From IMG/VR virus record IMGVR_UViG_3300024245_000004, positions 1-34,778 of that record: a stretch of 34,778 nt of DNA. One strand, written 5' to 3'. The position numbers and the translations under genes are program-made. Shown in pieces: positions 16,613-25,186 of the stretch. The notes under the pieces are model-generated. The model saw only the letters and a program-made list of their open reading frames with translations. It was not told the DNA's origin and searched no databases. How positions within the stretch are numbered: position 1 is the stretch's first letter; each line of letters begins with the position of its first letter. The stretch comes from a virus. Taxonomy: Duplodnaviria; Caudoviricetes.

Positions 16613-17090
16613 GGTATTCAATAGCCGATTTAAGGAAGTCTATCTGATGGAAAAAATGTCCGATGCCCAGATTGCAGGAGTGGCAAAGCAAGCCTCGGAC
16701 ATTTCCTGTTTCGGCGCAGTGGTCGACGTGAAACACGGTCGATCCTCGTCCGTTGGGGTCGGTGCGTCTGCAAATGGCGCACTTTCCTTCTTGCGCGGCG
16801 AGCATCTCGTCGTAGGTTCCATAGGGGATACCGAGGCGCCATTTGAGATGGCGGTCGCGCTTCTTTCGCGGATTTTTCTTGTCCCACTGGACGTTGTACT
16901 CGCTATGCTTCTTGGGGTTTGCCTTCTGCCATTCGCTCACGCTGGCGATGTTGCAGGCTTTGCATCTCCCCTGGAGGCCGTCGTAGGCGGATTTGTTCTT
17001 GTAGAACTCGGTGCGCGGTTTAACCTCTTCGCAGCGGGCGCAGCGCTTGTGGGTCTCGGTGTTGCAAGCCAAGCGGGTCATTTGGTCCAT
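16593..17090 (-). CDS. Endonuclease VII-family nuclease, antisense to the late operon (start may be 17081)
   Basis: KRCARC...CKAC zinc ribbon; QEGKCAIC; FHVDHCAETGNVRGLLCHSCNLGIG. Confidence 0.92.
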   Translation of the reverse strand: MDQMTRLACNTETHKRCARCEEVKPRTEFYKNKSAYDGLQGRCKACNIASVSEWQKANPKKHSEYNVQWDKKNPRKKRDRHLKWRLGIPYGTYDEMLAAQEGKCAICRRTDPNGRGSTVFHVDHCAETGNVRGLLCHSCNLGIGHFFHQIDFLKSAIEYLIRTSS

Positions 17091-17110
17091 CTCCGTGCTA
17101 AAGATGGATC

Positions 17111-17139
17111 AACGTATCATGCAGGCGCGTAAGGCGCAA
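17111..17139 (-). promoter_or_regulatory. Possible promoter for the antisense nuclease
   Basis: Minus strand TTGCGC-17nt-TACGTT. Confidence 0.4.
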
Positions 17140-17156
17140 GTATACAGGAGGTTGTA

Positions 17157-17426
17157 ATGTCCTACAGACTCACGTACCAGGTGAACATCGACTGGGTCGG
17201 GGACGGCATGGGTCCGATGTCATGCAACACGGCGCCTGCGCTGCCGCAGGGTGGTCGGGGCGGCGCACAGACCAAGGAGTTCTCTAACCCGCAGGGTGCC
17301 TTCAGCTCGAAAACATTCGCGGCGGGAGATATCACGACCCTGACGAACGCGGTGGCCGCAGCGCTTGTTACGCAGTTCACCGCGGCACAGTCGCAGATAC
17401 AAGGGTTCGCGACCGGCGGCGGTTGA
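17157..17426 (+). CDS. Small probable virion protein
   Basis: Strong RBS AGGAGGT; A/G/T-rich; in the head module. Confidence 0.75.
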   Translation: MSYRLTYQVNIDWVGDGMGPMSCNTAPALPQGGRGGAQTKEFSNPQGAFSSKTFAAGDITTLTNAVAAALVTQFTAAQSQIQGFATGGG

Positions 17427-17455
17427 TCCTTTAGCCTGCAGCGGGAGACTGACAC

Positions 17456-17752
17456 ATGGCGACCGTTACGCTTGGGACGACCGCGCAGACTTCGTTGACG
17501 GCTTTGGCCTTCGGCGGATCGCTCGCGCCGGCCGATATCGCGACGATCGCCAACGCGATCCTCGACGACCAGAACAACATTCATCCGATCTGGCCCGGGG
17601 CGTTTGCGCAGACGGGCCTGCTATATGTTCCGAACCGCGGCATTTTGCGGTGCTTGCCGGGAGACTTTGTTGGGGTAGATGCAGCAACGGGATGGCCTAT
17701 CCTCGTTTCCAAGAATGCGGCTGCGTCCAATCCGCAATGGGTTCACAGCTAG
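17456..17752 (+). CDS. Small probable virion protein
   Basis: GGAG RBS; LYVPNRGILRCLPGDFVGVD...GWPILVS. Confidence 0.75.
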   Translation: MATVTLGTTAQTSLTALAFGGSLAPADIATIANAILDDQNNIHPIWPGAFAQTGLLYVPNRGILRCLPGDFVGVDAATGWPILVSKNAAASNPQWVHS

Positions 17753-17761
17753 GAGTTCGTC

Positions 17762-18208
17762 ATGTCGAAGAAGGGACCGGAGAACGTGTCGATGGACGTC
17801 GACCCGTTGCTGTTGTCGAAGGAAGAGCGCGAGGCGCTCGCTAAGGAAGCGGCTAAGGCGGTCAACGAGGATCGCAAGCAGGCTGCGAGCGACGCCTACT
17901 ATCAGGAAGAGCTAAAACGACAGCGGCGTCGGCACACTCCTTCCGAACAGTACGTCCGCATCGTTATCGACGCGGCGCCCTACGTGAAGAGCTTCATGCT
18001 CGACGGTGAAGTGTTCTACACCGGCTATGAGTACCGGGTCCGCCGTTCTGTCGCGACGGTGCTCAACGAGCAGATGCAGCGGTCGTTCCAGCACCAGGAC
18101 GAGATCGACGGCCGGTCGAAGTTCGCCCCTTATCGCCGCGCCCAGGGCATGTTCATTGCCCGAGACGGCGCCGTGCATTCCGGTGTAGAGAAGGAGATCG
18201 CAGCGTAG
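17762..18208 (+). CDS. Hypothetical protein
   Basis: AGGAG RBS; helical N-terminus and beta-rich C-terminus. Confidence 0.8.
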   Translation: MSKKGPENVSMDVDPLLLSKEEREALAKEAAKAVNEDRKQAASDAYYQEELKRQRRRHTPSEQYVRIVIDAAPYVKSFMLDGEVFYTGYEYRVRRSVATVLNEQMQRSFQHQDEIDGRSKFAPYRRAQGMFIARDGAVHSGVEKEIAA

Positions 18209-18226
18209 GGAAGAAGGAAGGACCAG

Positions 18227-18685
18227 ATGCAAGGACCAATCTCTAAGGCCCCGCCTGCCGGCGGGGACGACGTCGTTACCGCGTACACACTGCAGGTGCA
18301 GCTAGACCAGGGCACGCACTTCATACAGCAGACGTTCGTCCGGCGTGACGACCCGATCGCCGTCCATCACCGAGAGGCCGACAAGCTATATGCGGTGATC
18401 GAGCGGCAGCAGTGGAAGAAGGATTTGATCAACCTCAGGGACGCTCTCGCGCAAGACGAGAAGATGATGGCGAACTTCGAGGAAGATTTTAACCGGATCG
18501 AGGCGGACAGCGTAATCAAGTGGAAGAGTTCAAATCGTAAGGGCGAGCCGAGACTGACACCGCAGGAAGAGACACAGCGCGAGCAGTGCAAGACGAACGC
18601 CAAGCGTTGCCGCTCTGAGATCGAGAACAAGAAGGCGCTGCTCGCGAAGCTGGAAAAGAAATTGGCGGAGACGCCCGTCGCCTAG
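18227..18685 (+). CDS. Hypothetical coiled-coil protein
   Basis: AAGGA RBS; charged heptads. Confidence 0.8.
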   Translation: MQGPISKAPPAGGDDVVTAYTLQVQLDQGTHFIQQTFVRRDDPIAVHHREADKLYAVIERQQWKKDLINLRDALAQDEKMMANFEEDFNRIEADSVIKWKSSNRKGEPRLTPQEETQREQCKTNAKRCRSEIENKKALLAKLEKKLAETPVA

Positions 18686-18693
18686 GAGACAGC

Positions 18694-19425
18694 ATGCCCC
18701 TGACAGCGGCGCAAATATGCACCATTGCCAGACAAGAAGCTAAATGCCCCGGCTTCACTTCGCAGTCGGGGCAACTTCTTAACGCGGTGTTGCAGGACCT
18801 TTGTCAGGACTACGACCTCGACCAGTGTCGAAAGACGTTCAATTTTATGTTTAACTCTGCCGTAGGAAACGGGTCGGGTCCGTACACGCTTCCTGCCGAC
18901 TACCTTAGGACCGAAGTTATCGACGGCAAGGATAATTTTTACTACGTGATCAACGGCGTGCCGTACCCTCTCATTCAGGAAACGCTTGCTGAGTACAATT
19001 GGCAGGTGCAAACGCCCGGCTTTCAGTCGTACCCTTACAATTACGCGACCAACCTCGACACGTCTCCCCCGCAGCTTTTCGTGTGGCCGCCCGCGAGCGG
19101 CAGCTACAACTCGTTTTTGAATTACTTCAGCCTCATGCCGGATATTGCGACGCCTGAGACGTCGAACACCGTGCCGTGGTTCCCCAACACGCAATTCCTT
19201 ATTCGTTCTCTTGCCGGGCGTCTCATGGGCCTCACGGGGGACGACCGACAGACCGCCTATTTGGGGGATGGCGAGCAGTTCCCCCTCGGGGCTGGCACGC
19301 TGCTCAAGTCGTATCTCATGAACGCCAAGGATCGCGAGGGCGCTGTAGCTACGGTCGGTCTGGACCGCCGACGCTTCGGTCGCGCATTCGATCGACTGAA
19401 GAACACGAAGCAGATCGGGTGGTAG
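18694..19425 (+). CDS. Head-tail adaptor / tail tubular protein A-like
   Basis: Size and position; LLNAVLQDL...YTLPADYLR...LFVWPPASGSY pattern of podovirus adaptors. Confidence 0.75.
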   Translation: MPLTAAQICTIARQEAKCPGFTSQSGQLLNAVLQDLCQDYDLDQCRKTFNFMFNSAVGNGSGPYTLPADYLRTEVIDGKDNFYYVINGVPYPLIQETLAEYNWQVQTPGFQSYPYNYATNLDTSPPQLFVWPPASGSYNSFLNYFSLMPDIATPETSNTVPWFPNTQFLIRSLAGRLMGLTGDDRQTAYLGDGEQFPLGAGTLLKSYLMNAKDREGAVATVGLDRRRFGRAFDRLKNTKQIGW

Positions 19426-19427
19426 GC

Positions 19428-20021
19428 ATGTGGAGAGTTCTTACCCTCATCTGTCTTCTTATGGTCGGTCCTGCGTTCGCGCAGACGGGTTCTCCAAAAA
19501 CTCCCACGGCTCTTAACACAGAGATCAATTCCCTTTTTGCGGACAACACCACGGGTCTGATAACGCCTTTCGATGTCAGGCAGGTGGCGCTTGATCAAGT
19601 TTCCAGCTTCGGGAATACGTCTGTTGCCAATACATGGGCGGCGCTGCAGACGTTTTCAGCGGGGACTATCGTTTCGGGGCCAGCCACATTCAATGGGTTG
19701 TCCAGCTTCGCAGGACAGATCGTATCCACCTTCGGTACGCCCTCGATCTCGAACGGTGCGTGCGGAGCCGGTGCGAATGGATCGGTAGCCGGCACTAACC
19801 AGTCCGGCGCTGTGACCATAGGCGCCGCGGCAACTACGACGTGCACCATAACTTTTTCAACGACGATAACGCCTCCTAACGCCTGCGTACTTTTCCCCGG
19901 CAACGCGGCTGCGGCGGCGACCGGGACGACGGTGGCGTGGGTTGGTGCGCCTAGCGCAAACACATGGGTTTTGAATGGGGCAGCGCTGGCCAACACCATC
20001 TATCGGTACATATGTCTGTAG
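19428..20021 (+). CDS. Short fibre-like protein with signal peptide
   Basis: MWRVLTLICLLMVGPAFA|QT; LFADNTTGLITPFDVR; knob-like C-terminus with 4 Cys. Confidence 0.8.
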   Translation: MWRVLTLICLLMVGPAFAQTGSPKTPTALNTEINSLFADNTTGLITPFDVRQVALDQVSSFGNTSVANTWAALQTFSAGTIVSGPATFNGLSSFAGQIVSTFGTPSISNGACGAGANGSVAGTNQSGAVTIGAAATTTCTITFSTTITPPNACVLFPGNAAAAATGTTVAWVGAPSANTWVLNGAALANTIYRYICL

Positions 20022-20027
20022 GAGACC

Positions 20028-21779
20028 ATGGCGCTTCCTGGGAACCCGATCGTATGGAGCCCGCACACCGCGGCTGACACGTTGGACGCGTCGTCCAGTC
20101 GTCCCGGAACTATGTCCGCTCTGCAGAATTTGATCCCCGACCCCACGACACGCGACTTGTGGCAGTGCAGGCCGGCGGCCATCCCTCTCACCAATCTTAA
20201 TAGCCACGCATTCTCGTCTGGCTTCTCAAGCGGCTTTGGCGGGATATTTGCTGGGCAGGCCGGTTTCATCTCCGCGCTGCTCAACATCGGCACCCGTATT
20301 TACGGAATGGTGGCGACGCAGCTCAACCCAGGGCACGACCAGCCATTCTGCTATGACGTGGTGACGCAGCAGTTCATTCCGATAACGGGAATAACCGCTG
20401 CCAATACTCCCGTGAGCCCGCCAACAGTAGGACCGTGGGCGCCGCCTTCCATGGCGCTGGTGGGCGGAAAGATCATTGTGGCGCATCCGGGTTTCACGCA
20501 GGGCAACGGGTTCTTTGGGGTGATCAATGTCACCAATCCATTCGCACTTACGTGGACGTCGCAGAACACTACGGGCACGCCGCTGATCTTTCCGCCTACG
20601 TGGGTGGCCAATTTCAACGGGCGATGTTTTTTCCTCGTGAACCCGCCGACTGTTCAGCCGGCGGCGTACATGTCGGACAGCCTCAATGCCACGTCGATCA
20701 CCAACGCAAACCAAATTCTCACATTCGGGGACAACACGCCGATCACGGTTGCCGCGGGGCTGGCGCTGAACAACCAGCTGGGAGGCATCATTCAGGCGTT
20801 AATGGTTTTCAAGGGTGTGAGCAACATCTTTCAAGTCACGGGCGACTATGCGCTGGGAAATTTGGCGGTCAACTCGCTCAACGTCGCGACCGGCACGATG
20901 TCGCCTAATTCGGTGGTGTCTAGTGAGAAGGGGCTGGTGTTCGTCGCGCCGGACGGCGTTCGGCTGATCGATTTCACGGCTGTGATCAGCGATCCTATCG
21001 GAAAGGATGGCGACGGGATCACCGTTCCGTTCATATTTTCGCAGACGCCGTCTCGCGTCAGCGGCATGTTCAACAGCGGCATTTACCGTGTGCAGATACA
21101 GAACAGCATCGTGCCCGGTGCTCCGCAACAGGAATGGTGGTACGACTTCGTTCGAGACCTGTGGTCCGGCCCGCACACGACCAAAGTGTCTTTGGGGGTG
21201 CCATACCAGAACACTTTCATCATCACGCGGCAGGGGTCTAACGGAATACTTTATCAAAGCGATCAGGTGCAGTCGAACACCAGCACATTCGTTGAGGACG
21301 GAGCGCCGATGTCCTTCATATGGGGCACGGCGATGCTTCCCGACACGGACCAGATGTCCGAATGTGCAATGGTCGAGAGCACTATTTACATGCAGCTTGC
21401 TACGGGGCTTAACGTGACTGTCTCGGCTGTTACGCCTGACGGGACAGTGCTGGACAGTGTTAACGTGACGGGACACGGCACGCCGACGTTGTGGGGACAA
21501 TTTGTGTGGGGCCAAGGCATATGGTACGGGTCGCAGGTCGATGCTGGGGGCAGCAACGCTCTCTACCCCCGCCGTCTCGCATGGCATGCCCCCCTTGTCT
21601 TCAGAAGGGTTGCCATCGTCATGTTGGGATCGTGCGTGCCGGGGCTTAAGATTGGACGCACGCATCTCAAGTATCAGGTTTTGGGATATCTTCAGGAAGA
21701 TTTGGACCCGTCACTCAGCGGCGGCGGGTTGTTCACGCTGGACCACAGCGCTTTAGGAGGCCCGGATGTCTTGGGGTAG
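20028..21779 (+). CDS. Tail nozzle / tubular protein B-like
   Basis: 583 aa, beta-rich; ALQNLIPDP; propeller-like LMVFKG and GLVFVAPDGVRLI; follows the adaptor. Confidence 0.75.
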   Translation: MALPGNPIVWSPHTAADTLDASSSRPGTMSALQNLIPDPTTRDLWQCRPAAIPLTNLNSHAFSSGFSSGFGGIFAGQAGFISALLNIGTRIYGMVATQLNPGHDQPFCYDVVTQQFIPITGITAANTPVSPPTVGPWAPPSMALVGGKIIVAHPGFTQGNGFFGVINVTNPFALTWTSQNTTGTPLIFPPTWVANFNGRCFFLVNPPTVQPAAYMSDSLNATSITNANQILTFGDNTPITVAAGLALNNQLGGIIQALMVFKGVSNIFQVTGDYALGNLAVNSLNVATGTMSPNSVVSSEKGLVFVAPDGVRLIDFTAVISDPIGKDGDGITVPFIFSQTPSRVSGMFNSGIYRVQIQNSIVPGAPQQEWWYDFVRDLWSGPHTTKVSLGVPYQNTFIITRQGSNGILYQSDQVQSNTSTFVEDGAPMSFIWGTAMLPDTDQMSECAMVESTIYMQLATGLNVTVSAVTPDGTVLDSVNVTGHGTPTLWGQFVWGQGIWYGSQVDAGGSNALYPRRLAWHAPLVFRRVAIVMLGSCVPGLKIGRTHLKYQVLGYLQEDLDPSLSGGGLFTLDHSALGGPDVLG

Positions 21780-23502
21780 GTATGCTGCAGTAGCAGCCGT
21801 TCTCCTGGGGACTGCGGCTTATTCGCAGACGCCGACAACTTTTGTTCCCGGGCAGGTGCTGACAGCGGCGGAGATCAATACAGCTTTTGGCTCCAAGCTG
21901 GATAATAACTCGGGATTGTGGACCACGACGCAGACGTTTCAGCCGGCTTCGGGGAAAGGGATCGTCGTCAACGGGCTGAGCAGTGCACCCGGCACGGTGC
22001 CGGCAGTGGATATCACCAAGGGGCTGAATTCCGGTACGGGCGTGGCGATCCGTTCGGGCGACACGCAGGGTAAGCTGCTCAGCATATTCGGCCCCGCCAG
22101 CATCAATCAGAATATTAATCCGCCGCAGTATTTCGATGCTGGCGGATTTCATTCGTTGCTGTCTTTGACAGTGAGTGGCGTGTCGTCCGGTACGGGCGAT
22201 AGCTTCAACGTAACGAACCCCACCAACGACGCCTATATGATCGGCATCTTTGCCGACGTGGCGAAGGCGGCGCAGTTCCGGTGTCCGTTCGGGCAAACCT
22301 TTGCCGGCGGATCGGCCGTGTTGTCGATGGTGGGAACGACGCCAGCGAATGTGGCGTCCTATGTTGGTGCCGATCTTTGTGACGGTACGCGTGCGTTCGG
22401 CTCCAAGTCTAATACGTCCTTCGCAGGGATGGACGCTTTTCTCGGCTACGGCGGGACGGCAACCCTTCACGTCGGCGGCTTCGACGTTCCAAATCCAGTC
22501 GCACAGTCGTTAGGCTCCTACAATGTTGCGGGGCCGCTTTCTAACAACACGCAGTTCTTGGCCGGCAAGGTTTTCCACTTCACTGGCGGAATTCCCGCAG
22601 GCGTTAACATCGGCGATCCTGTCGTTGACCTTACCAACCCTGCGTTTCCCGCCGGCACGGTCGTCACGGCGATCGACCGCATCGGCAACACGGTTACGAC
22701 CAACAATTTCGGCAACCCCTACCAGGGTGACGTTTTCACCTTCAACGGTGTCAACAATTCGACCATGACCAATCAGCTCGGCAGCACCAATCTAGCTGTC
22801 GGCAATTTGATTGATGGCGTGGTGGCGGGGATCGGTCAGCTTGTAGCTGACACGTCTAACCCAACAGCCATCCCTGGGGCGACGACTGTCACCACAATTA
22901 CCCCTAACGTGTTCCTTGGGTTCTCGCTGATCACCGTCAGCAACCCGATTGACGGAGTGCTGTTCAACACGGCGGCGGGCGGACATGACACGCTCACCTA
23001 CTCGATTGCTAATACGGCAGCGGCAGATATGTCGTGGACCGCGGGGCAGGGGACCGGTACGGGAGCAGGCGGCAAGCATTTGTTCAAGGCGGCGCCAGCT
23101 GGTGGTTCTGGCTCGTCGCAGAACGCGTTGGTCACCTATATCACCGTCGACCCCGCGGGGGCGCCCGAGGTACAAGTCGCGAAGGGGCTTAAAGCGGGCT
23201 TCTACGCGTCCGCAGCGCCCAACACGCAGACCGGGGCAACATACGTTGTCGCCGCCACCGACACCGATATCATCGCCAATCGTGCGGGCACCGTCACTTT
23301 GACCTTGCCGGCAGCGGCGAGTTTCGTGGGCCGCGTCATCCGGGTGAAGACAATCCAGAACCAGACCGTTGTCAGCGACGCTTCTAATGTGGCGCCGTTG
23401 ACAAGCGCAACGCCCGGCACGGCGATCCTCGCCGGTACGGCAGGCAAGTGGGCGGATTTGAAGAGCGACGGGTCCAACTGGATTACCATGGCAGGAAACT
23501 GA
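21766..23502 (+). CDS. Tail fibre-like protein with signal peptide
   Basis: AAVAAVLLGTAAYS|QT; FVPGQVLTAAEIN; C-terminal TVTLTLPAAASFVGRVIRVK...SDGSNW fibre domain; RBS AGGAGG. Confidence 0.8.
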   Translation: MSWGRYAAVAAVLLGTAAYSQTPTTFVPGQVLTAAEINTAFGSKLDNNSGLWTTTQTFQPASGKGIVVNGLSSAPGTVPAVDITKGLNSGTGVAIRSGDTQGKLLSIFGPASINQNINPPQYFDAGGFHSLLSLTVSGVSSGTGDSFNVTNPTNDAYMIGIFADVAKAAQFRCPFGQTFAGGSAVLSMVGTTPANVASYVGADLCDGTRAFGSKSNTSFAGMDAFLGYGGTATLHVGGFDVPNPVAQSLGSYNVAGPLSNNTQFLAGKVFHFTGGIPAGVNIGDPVVDLTNPAFPAGTVVTAIDRIGNTVTTNNFGNPYQGDVFTFNGVNNSTMTNQLGSTNLAVGNLIDGVVAGIGQLVADTSNPTAIPGATTVTTITPNVFLGFSLITVSNPIDGVLFNTAAGGHDTLTYSIANTAAADMSWTAGQGTGTGAGGKHLFKAAPAGGSGSSQNALVTYITVDPAGAPEVQVAKGLKAGFYASAAPNTQTGATYVVAATDTDIIANRAGTVTLTLPAAASFVGRVIRVKTIQNQTVVSDASNVAPLTSATPGTAILAGTAGKWADLKSDGSNWITMAGN

Positions 23503-23503
23503 G

Positions 23504-25135
23504 ATGAAAAAAATTCTAACCGGGCTTCTTTTCTCGCTGTGGACCACGATAGCTAGTGCAGGCGTCCCCTGCACGCTGCCGTTCAACCTGCTCAACAACA
23601 CGATCGCTGACGCGACGCAGGTGATGGCGAATTACAACGCGCTTGTCACCTGCTTGACGAACGCGGCTGCGGCGGGGAACAACAACGATATCACGGCGCT
23701 GCTCGCGCTGACGACACCAATCTCTCCCGGGGCTGGGGGATCGACGATCTATGTAGGCGGGACGTCCACCGGCCTTCCTAACGCGCAGATCGTCGCCTCT
23801 CCCGTTCCCAGCGGGTTCACCCTTGCAGCAGGGCGGGCCATTGTTTTCACCGCCGGTTTCACCAACACGGCAGCGCTCACGCTCGCTGTGAACGGCACAA
23901 CGGCGTCCAATCTGTACAGGCAAACGCCGTCCGGCCCGCAAGCCATGACGGGTGGAGAAGTCGTCTCGGGGCAGCTGATCGTCGCAGTCTACGATGGCAC
24001 GCAGTTCGAGATGATAAGCAACGGGCCGCAGTTCGGCGGCTTCGGGCCGCAGTCCAGCCTCGCCTCTGCGCCAGTAACCGATCTGGGAACGATCGGCTCG
24101 CATGACGTCATAGTCACGGGGAACGCCGCTATCACGAGCTTTGGCGCGTCGGCTAATCTGGCTTTCCCGATGTACTTCGTCGGCTTCAGCGGCGCGCCTA
24201 CGATCACTTTCAACAACACAAACTGCGCGACGACGGGCGGCTGTATCATCACTCCCGGGAATGCAAACATAAACGCCGCGTCAGGTGACACGGCATGGCT
24301 TCTCTATCTCGGGAACGGCTCTAGCGGGGCCGGCAACTGGCAGGTTCTCTTCTATCAGCGTGTCAACGGAGCCTCGCTGTCCAATCCTGTGCCGCAGTGC
24401 GGCTTCAGCGGCCTTACTATCTCGCCGGCCACGACAGTGACGGTGTCGTGGGCGTGGAATAGCGCAACGCTCAACACCAGCTCTAATGTGACTTTTTTCA
24501 GCGGAGCCAACAGCGGCACGCTGAACATCTCGAACGTCGGAGTGGTCAACGGTCTCGACAGCGGCACGGTCGCCAACAACACGTTCTATTATTTGTGGGG
24601 AATATCCAACGGGACGACCACTGGGCTGCTCGCGACGGTGAACGTGCCCCCGGCTCTTCCGTCGCCACCCAGCGGCTACAGTTACGCCTGCTATGCGGGT
24701 GCGGTGAAGACGGGCGGCGCGGCAACCTTTTTTGGCACGCAGCAGGTGGGCAACCTCACGGTCTATAAACTCAACGGCCTCCTGCTTACGGCCAATCTTC
24801 CGCTCATCGCGTCGGGTAATCAGGGCGCGGCCTGCACTGGTGCAATTACTTGGGCACCTTTCACCGTTCGGGGCAGCTCTGGCGTAGCGGTATGGATGCC
24901 TGCAACCGCCTCGGTCGGCAACTTCATCTCGAACAGTGCGGGCGGCGGCGGGGGTATCGCTCTGGCGCCCAACGGCAGCTACACGAACACAAACACATAT
25001 TGGGCGCACCCTAACGTGCAATCGTCGCCAGTAGCGATCGAATTTGAAGCAAACACGATCCAGTATTGCAGCACGGCCGTCAGCGGCGCGTCGCTGTGGG
25101 CCTTGGGTTGGAAGGATACCGTTAACGCCAATTGA
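23504..25135 (+). CDS. Tail fibre-like protein with signal peptide
   Basis: MKKILTGLLFSLWTTIASA|GV; ADATQVMANYN; fibre modules TNTAALTLAVNG...YDGTQF and GLDSGTVANNTFYYLW. Confidence 0.82.
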   Translation: MKKILTGLLFSLWTTIASAGVPCTLPFNLLNNTIADATQVMANYNALVTCLTNAAAAGNNNDITALLALTTPISPGAGGSTIYVGGTSTGLPNAQIVASPVPSGFTLAAGRAIVFTAGFTNTAALTLAVNGTTASNLYRQTPSGPQAMTGGEVVSGQLIVAVYDGTQFEMISNGPQFGGFGPQSSLASAPVTDLGTIGSHDVIVTGNAAITSFGASANLAFPMYFVGFSGAPTITFNNTNCATTGGCIITPGNANINAASGDTAWLLYLGNGSSGAGNWQVLFYQRVNGASLSNPVPQCGFSGLTISPATTVTVSWAWNSATLNTSSNVTFFSGANSGTLNISNVGVVNGLDSGTVANNTFYYLWGISNGTTTGLLATVNVPPALPSPPSGYSYACYAGAVKTGGAATFFGTQQVGNLTVYKLNGLLLTANLPLIASGNQGAACTGAITWAPFTVRGSSGVAVWMPATASVGNFISNSAGGGGGIALAPNGSYTNTNTYWAHPNVQSSPVAIEFEANTIQYCSTAVSGASLWALGWKDTVNAN

Positions 25136-25159
25136 AATCCTGTGCACCTGTGGTAGAAA
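25132..25159 (+). promoter_or_regulatory. Possible internal promoter
   Basis: TTGAAA-16nt-TAGAAA with TGn extension, ahead of RBS AGGAGGGT. Confidence 0.35.
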
Positions 25160-25186
25160 GGTCGAACCGAACAGGAGGGTAGGTCC

